Source of the DNA: a virus
Lineage: Duplodnaviria; Caudoviricetes
Strand: one strand, 5' to 3'
DNA length: 53,553 bases
Virus record (IMG/VR): IMGVR_UViG_3300039071_000075
Span: 1 to 53,553 of that record
Positions 1-7,224 of this stretch are shown here, in pieces. The translations under genes and the position numbers were made by a program. Numbering within the stretch: position 1 is the stretch's first letter; the number at the start of each line of letters is the position of its first letter. A model generated the notes under the pieces. It was not told where the DNA came from, did no database searches, and saw nothing but the letters and a program-made list of their open reading frames with translations.

Positions 1-215
1 TTGTCCACATATACATGAATTCCGCAATCATTACACGGACCATATTTTATCTCTTTTAAAAGACTAAGAAGAACCTCTCTATCAGCTTTGAGCTTTTGGA
101 TTTCTTGCCAAAACTCTGCTCTTGATTCGATATAGTGGTTTAGGTGCATCATCTCCTTGTTGCCCATATTGTTAAGCACAAAATTTAAAATACTTTCCAA
201 TAGCTTGTCACTCAC
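1..215 (-). CDS. hypothetical protein, 3'-truncated by window edge
   Basis: GTG at 213-215 preceded by GAGGG; frame open to position 1 (MSDKLLESILNF...CNDCG). Confidence 0.5.
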   Translation of the reverse strand, partial: MSDKLLESILNFVLNNMGNKEMMHLNHYIESRAEFWQEIQKLKADREVLLSLLKEIKYGPCNDCGIHVYVD

Positions 216-235
216 CCCTCACCGCCTTGCTTTAG

Positions 236-619
236 TTATTCTTTGTACCACTCAACAGCATTTTTAAGTTCTTCTATCTCAGTCTCAAGCTCCTTCACCC
301 TCTTAGCTTGTGACATTGCGCCAGCGGTGAAGGCTTCTTTGTAAGCTACTTCGTCGGGTATTTCGTACTGCACTCCATAGCCGCCAACGTATTGCTTTTT
401 TAAATTCTCAAAACCCTCACTCGCCTCAGCCAGCATCTTAGCTTCACAAGCTTTGAAGCCTTTCGTATAGCTTTCATGTAAGAAGGCTTGAATTTCTGAT
501 AAAAGGGGTACATCAATCCCAGAAAAACTTAACAGATCGATTGCCTTGTTTAACTTTACGTAAATAACTGTCAAGTCATCAACTGCCATCTTCTCAATGT
601 CTTTATCATTTGTTTTCAT
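236..619 (-). CDS. hypothetical phage early protein with C-terminal coiled coil
   Basis: 127-aa ORF, GGAGG RBS, co-oriented with neighbours. Confidence 0.6.
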   Translation of the reverse strand: MKTNDKDIEKMAVDDLTVIYVKLNKAIDLLSFSGIDVPLLSEIQAFLHESYTKGFKACEAKMLAEASEGFENLKKQYVGGYGVQYEIPDEVAYKEAFTAGAMSQAKRVKELETEIEELKNAVEWYKE

Positions 620-783
620 GGTTTACCTCCAATCTCTAGCTTGCCACACTTTAAGCACCTTCTGCCCTCAACACAAAACCAATATAAGTGCTCACAAGTT
701 TTATTCCATTTAGCATAGAGACACAACAGCACGAAGGGTGTGGCGATGAGTAAGATGCCATGAATAAGCAGAAAATTTTTCAT
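616..783 (-). CDS. small membrane protein with Cys/His-rich tail (55 aa, not in ORF track)
   Basis: MKNFLLIHGILLIATPFVLLCLY...CEH...RCLKCG; ATGA overlaps with both neighbours. Confidence 0.55.
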   Translation of the reverse strand: MKNFLLIHGILLIATPFVLLCLYAKWNKTCEHLYWFCVEGRRCLKCGKLEIGGKP

Positions 784-1004
784 TCTGACTTCTCTCTTGG
801 GAATGGTTTAAAATAGAAACAAGCTTGCCCAATCACATCATAAATCTTTACACTTGCGCCCTTAACTTTTTCGGTATCCGTGGGGCTAATAATGTGTCTA
901 CTAAATCCGTACCCCATTACTTCCATGAGCTTTGGATAAAGGCTACAAATAACCATGTTTCTGCAACGATAACACGCTCTCTTACTCATCGCACACTCCT
1001 CCAT
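780..1004 (-). CDS. small Cys-containing hypothetical protein
   Basis: CYRC..C motif; AGGAG RBS. Confidence 0.5.
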   Translation of the reverse strand: MEECAMSKRACYRCRNMVICSLYPKLMEVMGYGFSRHIISPTDTEKVKGASVKIYDVIGQACFYFKPFPREKSE

Positions 1005-1076
1005 GTATAGACTATCTCCTAACCTACATTAACTTTATCATACTTATGCACAAGTTGTTAGGAAATTCCGAATAGC

Positions 1077-1562
1077 TTAAATTTTATGTCCGCACTTCTT
1101 GCAGTTGATTAAATCAGTGGTATTCCACTCTCCGCAATTCTTACAAGTTCTATGCCAAAGTTTAGCTCGAATAAGCTCCAAGTGTGGCGGTAATATATTA
1201 TCTGGAGCGTCTGACAAAATTTCGTCCTGTATGTGACTATATCTGTAACATATGTAATGAAATGCAAATTGTACTACCTGCTTCTGATATGCTCGAATAA
1301 TCCAACTCACCCAGCGTAAAGGCTGTAGTCGTACATCTAGTTTCCAGAGCCATTTAGGAAATCGATTAAAATAATGTCCGGGATAAATTAGCGAGTGCAG
1401 TGTATCGTCACACAGAAATATTCCCCATCTGGCGGTTCCATATTTTTCCTTGCTATTCACTCCAATGCGCCCGAATACTCGCATAATCTGAGAGCCTTCG
1501 TTAATAGCGGAGTACAGGGAATCCCAATCAAAATCTTTATCTCCCCAATGGTGCGATGGCAT
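1077..1562 (-). CDS. hypothetical protein with C-terminal zinc ribbon
   Basis: CKNC...CKKC at C-terminus; KEKYG motif. Confidence 0.6.
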   Translation of the reverse strand: MPSHHWGDKDFDWDSLYSAINEGSQIMRVFGRIGVNSKEKYGTARWGIFLCDDTLHSLIYPGHYFNRFPKWLWKLDVRLQPLRWVSWIIRAYQKQVVQFAFHYICYRYSHIQDEILSDAPDNILPPHLELIRAKLWHRTCKNCGEWNTTDLINCKKCGHKI

Positions 1563-1563
1563 G

Positions 1564-1767
1564 TTACATAGTCTCCGTGTACTTTTTTATCTTCTGCAAG
1601 TACTCGAGTTCAGCTTCTACGTTCTCAAACGGAATATGTTTAATATCAATATCTCCATCCAAGTAAACTACTTTAACGTAACCTTGTCCAAAAACAACTG
1701 CGTCAGTGAAACATTTTTCCAATGCTTCTGCTACTTTTGCTTGTATGTACTTTTCAAAATCAATCAT
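1564..1767 (-). CDS. hypothetical protein (start likely MIDFEK at 1767)
   Basis: AGGAGA RBS before ATG 1767; avoids overlap with upstream gene. Confidence 0.55.
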   Translation of the reverse strand: MIDFEKYIQAKVAEALEKCFTDAVVFGQGYVKVVYLDGDIDIKHIPFENVEAELEYLQKIKKYTETM

Positions 1768-1783
1768 AAGTCTCCTATTTAGA

Positions 1784-2038
1784 TTACACTTCGTCGTCAT
1801 CTTCCCATCGGTTTGGATGATATCCTCCCGGCTCGTCTGCGGAATAATAAGTCTCGCTATAGTCGGAAGGAGGCAGCATCCCTTCAAGTTCTACGGTTTC
1901 CAGCGCGGTTTCAGCTAGTTTTAAGGCTAAGTAAAACATCGGCAAATGCCCTTCAGCAAAGGCGTTGAAATCTTGTAGGTTCATTATTTTTAAGCGAGAT
2001 GCTATTGCCTCAATCATTTCGTCTTTTTTCATGGACAT
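1784..2038 (-). CDS. small acidic protein, MK(R/K)SE...GMLPP...WE family copy 1
   Basis: Shares motifs with ORFs at 5385, 52116, 52434. Confidence 0.65.
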   Translation of the reverse strand: MSMKKDEMIEAIASRLKIMNLQDFNAFAEGHLPMFYLALKLAETALETVELEGMLPPSDYSETYYSADEPGGYHPNRWEDDDEV

Positions 2039-2110
2039 CCCTTTAGAATAAGAAGCATTACTATCGGAAGCATAACAGCCCGTAAAATCATGGCTACTAC
2101 GGCATATGGA

Positions 2111-2299
2111 TTAATCTCTGGTTTTTTCACAAAAATCGCGGTTCCCGTTATTTATTTTTTTAAGCTCGCGCAGAATCTGCACTTGTACATATGTAAAAAA
2201 AAGCGCGCCTACAAGATAAGCTACTTGAAACACTATGTATAGTTTTGCGCCAAATGTTAATGAGTTGTAGGTTTGGCTTATAAAATTAATCATGTACAA
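2111..2299 (-). CDS. small membrane protein
   Basis: One hydrophobic segment; GAGGAG RBS. Confidence 0.5.
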   Translation of the reverse strand: MYMINFISQTYNSLTFGAKLYIVFQVAYLVGALFFTYVQVQILRELKKINNGNRDFCEKTRD

Positions 2300-2334
2300 A
2301 GTCTCCTCCTCTAGTATATCCTTCTTTTAGAAAT

Positions 2335-2345
2335 AAACAAATATA
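2335..2345 (+). promoter_or_regulatory. putative late promoter box (AAACAAATATA)
   Basis: Recurrent WAACAAATA motif, upstream of ORF 2399. Confidence 0.6.
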
Positions 2346-2398
2346 AAGGGAGAACTTTAATTCTTCATGTTAACCAAGTTATTGCCAAAGGAGGCACT

Positions 2399-3196
2399 AT
2401 GGCTATAATCACCAAACCATCACAGATTGACAAAAACGAACCCGCTGTTTTTGAACTATCCAAATCAGAGCTTATCGCTCTTCCTGAAGTTGCAGGAGAT
2501 TCTTATTTCTCAGTAATGTCAAACTGGAGCCGAGTTGTACTATTCTACTCTAGTAGCGTGGGGAATCAGAAAGCTATTCTGAACTTTGACGCGTCACAAG
2601 CTACTCCAACCTCAAACTTTCTTGTATCTGAGACCGCAAGAGATGAGTTTGAAATACAGAAGATTGTAATTCAAGATGCAGATGGTGGATTTTTAACGGT
2701 GCCGAGATCTGCTCTGAACGTTAATGATTTCGATGTTACTCTTGCTCCCGAGCAGGCTGTGTTACTTATTGATCTAAATAACTCATCTAGCATAACTACA
2801 GTTCAAAATACAGTTCGTTCCGTGTATTCCGTTGCTCAGAGTTTTTCACTTACTAGTGTAGAGCTTCCCCTCGGGACACAGGGAATTGGCGGAGGGCTTC
2901 GACTTCTTACTAATGCTAGAGTGGTTGTAAAAAGTCAAGACGGAACCACCATTCTCGCCACTTCAGAAATAAAGCCTTCTGTAACTAGAGGCAATACTAC
3001 TGATGAAATAGGAGCTACGAATCCTTTAAGATGGGAAACTTTTACCTTTGCTGTGCCATTTTTGGTAAATACGTCTGAACTTGTAATTTCTCTAGAATCG
3101 GATAGTAATACTCTAGTGGGTGGGTTTTTAATAAATGCCACCGTGAATAGACTTGGTTCTTTTAACTACGGTATAAAAGTTTACGGAATTGTGTAA
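2399..3196 (+). CDS. putative virion accessory/decoration protein, paralog A
   Basis: AGGAGG RBS; N-terminal ~115 aa homologous to ORF 3255; beta-rich C-domain. Confidence 0.7.
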   Translation: MAIITKPSQIDKNEPAVFELSKSELIALPEVAGDSYFSVMSNWSRVVLFYSSSVGNQKAILNFDASQATPTSNFLVSETARDEFEIQKIVIQDADGGFLTVPRSALNVNDFDVTLAPEQAVLLIDLNNSSSITTVQNTVRSVYSVAQSFSLTSVELPLGTQGIGGGLRLLTNARVVVKSQDGTTILATSEIKPSVTRGNTTDEIGATNPLRWETFTFAVPFLVNTSELVISLESDSNTLVGGFLINATVNRLGSFNYGIKVYGIV

Positions 3197-3214
3197 AACT
3201 TACTAATTCACTGT

Positions 3215-3243
3215 AGAGGGGAGTATAATCTCCCCTCTTTTTT
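3215..3243 (+). terminator. Rho-independent terminator
   Basis: AGAGGGGAG-tataat-CTCCCCTCT followed by T-run. Confidence 0.8.
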
Positions 3244-3254
3244 CTGAGAGATAT

Positions 3255-4121
3255 ATGCCAGTTATAACTAAACCATCACAAGTACAAAAAAATCAATCAG
3301 CTACAATCCAGCTAAGTAAATCTGAACTGGCTGCGCTGCCACTAGTATCCTCAAGCGTATATTTCTCAGATCAATCTAATTGGAATAAGATTATTTTATT
3401 TTACTTATCTGACAATGGTAATCAACTAATAAGAGTTACTATGAGGGCAGATCAAGCTACTCCAAGTGGGATTTTTAAAACCAGCGCGAAGGCTCGAAAT
3501 CTTTTCCAAATTCAAAGAATTGTAATCGAAGATTTTGATGGGGGATATTTGAATATCCCTAGATCTGCATTAGTAACTTCTGAATTTGATATCTCTTTCC
3601 AAGCTCCCGTTGATCCTGATCCAGTAGATCCTGATCCAGTGGACCCTGATCCTATCGATCCAACTTTAAGAATATCTAGAGATCCAGATTTTGTACAGAA
3701 TACTAGTGTTTTACAAGTAATTCCTCTAGTTGAAGTTCCTGTTTTTAGTGGAGTTTATTCCATATATCCAGTCGCGCAAGCATTTTCCTTAACCAGCATA
3801 CAGCTTCCTTTTATAACAAACTCTGCTTCTACGGAAACTTTACTAAATGCACAAGTTAGAATTTTATCAGCTCAAGGATTTTTAATAGGTAGTGCCTCTT
3901 CAGATATTTCTATTTCTAGATCACCTTCTGTTCAGTTAGCGCAAAGCTATCAAACTTTTAATTTTCCAAATCCCGTACTGATAAGCGACGCCACTTTAAC
4001 TGTTCAGTTAATTTTTACGAATGTTTCTAACGGTGGAATAGACGTTCCTTGTTTTTTAGAGGATGTGAATGGAACTCCTACTAAAGTTAAGGCTATAAAA
4101 GTATTCGGAAATATTGTTTAG
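3255..4121 (+). CDS. putative virion accessory/decoration protein, paralog B
   Basis: Same N-domain as ORF 2399, (PVDPD)n linker, related C-terminal end (IKVFGNIV vs IKVYGIV). Confidence 0.7.
   Translation: MPVITKPSQVQKNQSATIQLSKSELAALPLVSSSVYFSDQSNWNKIILFYLSDNGNQLIRVTMRADQATPSGIFKTSAKARNLFQIQRIVIEDFDGGYLNIPRSALVTSEFDISFQAPVDPDPVDPDPVDPDPIDPTLRISRDPDFVQNTSVLQVIPLVEVPVFSGVYSIYPVAQAFSLTSIQLPFITNSASTETLLNAQVRILSAQGFLIGSASSDISISRSPSVQLAQSYQTFNFPNPVLISDATLTVQLIFTNVSNGGIDVPCFLEDVNGTPTKVKAIKVFGNIV
3606..3663 (+). repeat. 15-bp coding tandem repeat (PVDPD x ~4)
   Basis: gttgatcctgatcca/gtagatcctgatcca/gtggaccctgatcct. Confidence 0.85.
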
Positions 4122-4124
4122 TAT

Positions 4125-4289
4125 TTATTGTTTAAGGCAAGTGGCTTTAACTGTTATAAAAGCCCTTGCCTTCTCAATATCTAGAACTTTGTCGATTGCT
4201 TTAAGACAACTCACTTCGTCATTAAAAGTGATGTTCGTAGTAGAAATGTGAGAGCTGCTGAAGATAACTACAAATAGAATATAGTTCAC
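4125..4289 (-). CDS. small secreted/membrane protein (54 aa, not in track)
   Basis: GTG start with AGGAAG; MNYILFVVIF...SCLKA...ATCLKQ. Confidence 0.55.
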   Translation of the reverse strand: MNYILFVVIFSSSHISTTNITFNDEVSCLKAIDKVLDIEKARAFITVKATCLKQ

Positions 4290-4298
4290 AATAACTTC

Positions 4299-4445
4299 CT
4301 ATTTTAATAGCAATTTTACTAAATTAACAACATTCACTGCTACTACGATATCTAGCAATAGTCCTACAGGAATTCCTATGGCAAATGCTTTTCCCATTGG
4401 CATTTTTTTAACTTTGTGTAGGTAAAAAGATAATACAGTAGCCAT
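4299..4445 (-). CDS. small membrane protein (48 aa, not in track)
   Basis: MATVLSFY...AFAIGIPVGLLLDIVVAV; tightly packed. Confidence 0.5.
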   Translation of the reverse strand: MATVLSFYLHKVKKMPMGKAFAIGIPVGLLLDIVVAVNVVNLVKLLLK

Positions 4446-4730
4446 TTTTTACTTGCCTTTTTTAATAATTTTATAAGTTTTTCCGTCTAAGTATACTGTC
4501 TCTAAATTAAATATAGTCTTACTAACAAAGTATGTATCCATTATAGCAGACATTACTAGAACCGTAAGTGTAGTTCCAAGTAAGAGTCCGTGTTTGAATT
4601 TTAATTCCAATTTTGATTTACCCATACTGCTATAAAAGGTGCTCCGACGGTTAGTATTACTTGCACAAACAAAAACTTTAATCTCCATTTTTCATATGGA
4701 GTCATCTTAGAAAAATCTTCTTTGAGTTTA

Positions 4731-4886
4731 TTAATCATTATTTTTAATCATCAACGCTTTTATAAAAAAGATACCTGAAACTATTCCAAAAGCTATACCT
4801 GCCAATGCTTTGCCATTTACCGTTAAGTAAATATTACCTAAGCAAAACAAATACCCCATTGCAGTTAATTCTAATTTTCTAGTCAT
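4731..4886 (-). CDS. small two-TM membrane protein (51 aa, not in track)
   Basis: MTRKLELTAMGYLFCLG...ALAGIAFGIVSGIFFI; AGGA RBS. Confidence 0.5.
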   Translation of the reverse strand: MTRKLELTAMGYLFCLGNIYLTVNGKALAGIAFGIVSGIFFIKALMIKNND

Positions 4887-4900
4887 AAAATTCCTAAAAA

Positions 4901-5026
4901 TGGAGGGAATGGGAGGGACTCGAACCCCAAGGCTGAACTATAGAACCTTGTTTTACCATCCTTGCGGACTTAACTAATAGCTACTCAGTCAGTAATCGCC
5001 TGCACTTCCACTCGTGCTACATTCCC
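4901..5026 (-). ncRNA. tRNA-like RNA (126 nt) with expanded anticodon-arm domain
   Basis: Acceptor GGGAATG/CATTCCC + T-CCA; D arm GCAC-GAGTGGAA-GTGC; T arm GGGG-TTCGAGT-CCCT; ~70 nt in place of anticodon arm. Confidence 0.75.
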
Positions 5027-5031
5027 GTAAT

Positions 5032-5126
5032 AAAAAAGTGCAGCGCACTACTCTCACAACTTTTTCCACGGATAGACTTCGTAATTAGATAGGACGAAGC
5101 CAAGGTATGTGACACCTGTAGGGTAG
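5032..5126 (-). ncRNA. structured intergenic RNA / terminator-containing element
   Basis: Nested stems CTAC/GTAG, TCACA/TGTGA, GGCTTCGT/ACGAAGTC; ends GTGC-gct-GCAC-TTTTTT. Confidence 0.45.
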
Positions 5127-5128
5127 AT

Positions 5129-5323
5129 TTATCGCACTCTTAGGGAGACGCCAAAGCGGGAGGCAACGCTTTGTACGGTTTTGAGAGGGCGATGAATAAT
5201 AGCAGCTATATTTTTAGCTGACATAGTTCCTGCATTAGTTACGATAAAATCAATAGTTCCAGCCGTGAGGGGCTTTCCTAGTTTTGTCGCTTTTCCGTTT
5301 ACTTTTGAAAATCTGTTTTGCAT
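5129..5323 (-). CDS. small basic helix-turn-helix nucleic-acid-binding protein
   Basis: SAKNIAAIIHRPLKTVQSVASRFG is HTH-like; AAAGGA RBS. Confidence 0.65.
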   Translation of the reverse strand: MQNRFSKVNGKATKLGKPLTAGTIDFIVTNAGTMSAKNIAAIIHRPLKTVQSVASRFGVSLRVR

Positions 5324-5384
5324 TTTCTTTCCTTTGTTATTTATATACTATCACCAGTTTTATTCTACTCAAAATTTTTTATGT

Positions 5385-5585
5385 TTACTGTTCTGGCTCC
5401 CACGCGTTATCTTCAATATTCAATGTATTCAGCTTTGTTTTTGGAGGTAACATCCCCATACTTTCAAGTTCTGTAAGCAAGTTACTTGCGATTTTAACAG
5501 GACGGTCTTCTCCGTACCATTCTTCTAAAAAATTAATAATAACTTCAACAGCTTCGCTTCTTTTCATTAGCTCCTCACTATCCAC
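5385..5585 (-). CDS. small acidic protein family copy 2 (start likely MKRSEA)
   Basis: MKRSE...LLTELESMGMLPP...AWEPE; GAGGAG RBS before MKRSE. Confidence 0.65.
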   Translation of the reverse strand: MDSEELMKRSEAVEVIINFLEEWYGEDRPVKIASNLLTELESMGMLPPKTKLNTLNIEDNAWEPEQ

Positions 5586-5627
5586 TGAGTTGTATTTGCT
5601 TTATAATTTGGATTTTCTGATACTTCA

Positions 5628-5891
5628 CTACTTGAGATCCTCTTGTAGTTCTTGTACTTCCTCTGTCTTTACTTCTTTTTGAATTTCGACTTCTTCAACG
5701 TTTACATTTAGAATTTCTGCTCTAGTTGTGGGAAACGATTGAGAGAGGGTGTGTTCAATACCACATTCTCCGTTGTTACACTTGTGCAGATGTCCAGCTT
5801 CTGAGCTACTTTGATAAATCATCTCACCTTTTCCACAGTCGCAGAAAAGCTTAATAATTACAGTTGTAGCGGGGTATCTTACTAGTTTCAT
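5628..5891 (-). CDS. zinc-ribbon protein
   Basis: CDCG...HKCNNGEC. Confidence 0.6.
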   Translation of the reverse strand: MKLVRYPATTVIIKLFCDCGKGEMIYQSSSEAGHLHKCNNGECGIEHTLSQSFPTTRAEILNVNVEEVEIQKEVKTEEVQELQEDLK

Positions 5892-6109
5892 TCTGTTCTC
5901 CTATTTTCTATTTCTAAAACATATCCAGATGTAAATCGAATCTCTTTTATTTTCTCATCGTTTACTGATCCACAGTCTCTGTAAACTTTTGTACTGTGTA
6001 CATATTTACAAGTATACTGTTTATCCTTTATAAATATAACATATCTCTTGTCTTTCGTAAAAGTATATTTGCAAGAAGTCAGTAATGTAAGCAATAGTAG
6101 TGTCTTCAT
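5888..6109 (-). CDS. putative small lipoprotein
   Basis: MKTLLLLTLLTSC lipobox. Confidence 0.55.
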   Translation of the reverse strand: MKTLLLLTLLTSCKYTFTKDKRYVIFIKDKQYTCKYVHSTKVYRDCGSVNDEKIKEIRFTSGYVLEIENRRTE

Positions 6110-6273
6110 TTGCTGTTTGTTTTTTTTATAAACTTTTGCAAGTCTTTTACGGTTTGTTTCAACATAGAATTCTCTTTTTCTAATCTTCTAATTTCCCGTT
6201 CCTTTTTTTCATCTTCGTCAATGTATGCACAATGTTCGTTTTCACAGGGTATTTCGCAAAAAGGACATCTCAT
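6106..6273 (-). CDS. small Cys-rich + coiled-coil protein (55 aa, not in track)
   Basis: MRCPFCEIPCENEHC...; AGGA RBS, ATGA overlap downstream. Confidence 0.55.
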   Translation of the reverse strand: MRCPFCEIPCENEHCAYIDEDEKKEREIRRLEKENSMLKQTVKDLQKFIKKTNSK

Positions 6274-6393
6274 TTTAAAAATCCTATCAAATAAGTAGTC
6301 TTACCTAGCCCTATTTCAATAAATAATCCAATTTTCTGGATTAGTATTTGGATTCCTATCTTTCTTCCGTACTTTGTTCTTACTTTTAAGGTT

Positions 6394-6723
6394 TCAATTT
6401 CCAAACAATTGCTCCTCTTCTATACGAACAATTCCATCTTCCACGTCCTTTGCCAGCCTAGGACCAAAGTCTAACATTGTCATACCTACTGTGAGTTGGA
6501 TCTTTTTATAGGGGAGATATGGGTAGTTTTTTTTAACGTGTTTCTTTACTAGATTCTCTAGAGTTTTGTAATCTTTTTTGGAGACGGAAAAAGCCCAAAC
6601 TTGTACGTTGGTGAGATCCAGTTGATAGTTTGCACTGGTCAAACATTTCTCGTAAAAGTCTACCAAGGGATTCTTTTTAGAAAACTTCAATCTGCTCGGA
6701 AATTTTACATATTTTAAGACCAT
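6394..6723 (-). CDS. hypothetical protein
   Basis: 109-aa ORF, AGGAG RBS. Confidence 0.6.
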   Translation of the reverse strand: MVLKYVKFPSRLKFSKKNPLVDFYEKCLTSANYQLDLTNVQVWAFSVSKKDYKTLENLVKKHVKKNYPYLPYKKIQLTVGMTMLDFGPRLAKDVEDGIVRIEEEQLFGN

Positions 6724-6743
6724 AGAGTGCTCCTATATTATTA

Positions 6744-6754
6744 TAACAAATATA
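6744..6754 (+). promoter_or_regulatory. putative late promoter box (TAACAAATATA); second copy at 6763-6772
   Basis: Recurrent motif directly upstream of ORF 6771. Confidence 0.6.
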
Positions 6755-6770
6755 ATAAGGAGAAACAAAT

Positions 6771-6980
6771 ATGAAATGTAAAGTTTGCCAAATGGAAATA
6801 GTCAAGATTCCCGAGGTCAGAAGTGGATCGACTAGATTTGTAGATGGTTCTGGAAGACTTTGGAACGGTAAGGTTTGTCCTGATTGCTATAGAGTTTACA
6901 ATCGCGAAAGAATGAAGAAAGCTAGACTACAAAAGAAGCTTGAGAGCGTTGGTCAGGAACTAGATATCCAAGAAACATAA
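6771..6980 (+). CDS. small zinc-finger protein with basic helix
   Basis: CKVC...CPDC then RERMKKARLQKK; AAGGAG RBS. Confidence 0.7.
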   Translation: MKCKVCQMEIVKIPEVRSGSTRFVDGSGRLWNGKVCPDCYRVYNRERMKKARLQKKLESVGQELDIQET

Positions 6981-7210
6981 AGTCTACAGTCGTTTTCTAG
7001 CGAATTAAAATTTGTAATCCTCGTATAGAACCCTCTTTTCTGTAAAGAGAGGGACGTTCTCTTAGCAATCTCTTTAGTAACAAACACTTCCATTTCAAAC
7101 ATGCCGATCATTGCATGAAGCTTAATCAAGTTACTGATTTCGCTTGCAGAATTGTATACGGCTTGTTCCGCTGTTCTTGTTATTTTTACTACAGATTTCT
7201 TGCCAATCAT
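6953..7210 (-). CDS. hypothetical protein
   Basis: 85-aa ORF downstream of RNR; AAGGG RBS. Confidence 0.55.
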   Translation of the reverse strand: MIGKKSVVKITRTAEQAVYNSASEISNLIKLHAMIGMFEMEVFVTKEIAKRTSLSLQKRGFYTRITNFNSLENDCRLYVSWISSS

Positions 7211-7224
7211 AACGTCCCTTTATC

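Noticed and set aside
3224-3229. TATAAT as sigma70 -10 box
   Set aside because: It is the loop of a terminator hairpin and no -35 was found
4134-4172. Imperfect inverted repeat AAGGCAAG...CTTGCCTT as terminator
   Set aside because: Large loop, no U-tract, inside a coding ORF; cannot be supported
4846-4854. AACAAATAC copy on + strand
   Set aside because: Lies antisense within a small minus-strand ORF with no + gene directly downstream; probably chance
4901-5026. tmRNA or standard tRNA call
   Set aside because: No canonical 5-bp/7-nt anticodon arm; has a D stem, no G3-U70 pair, and is too short for an mRNA-like domain
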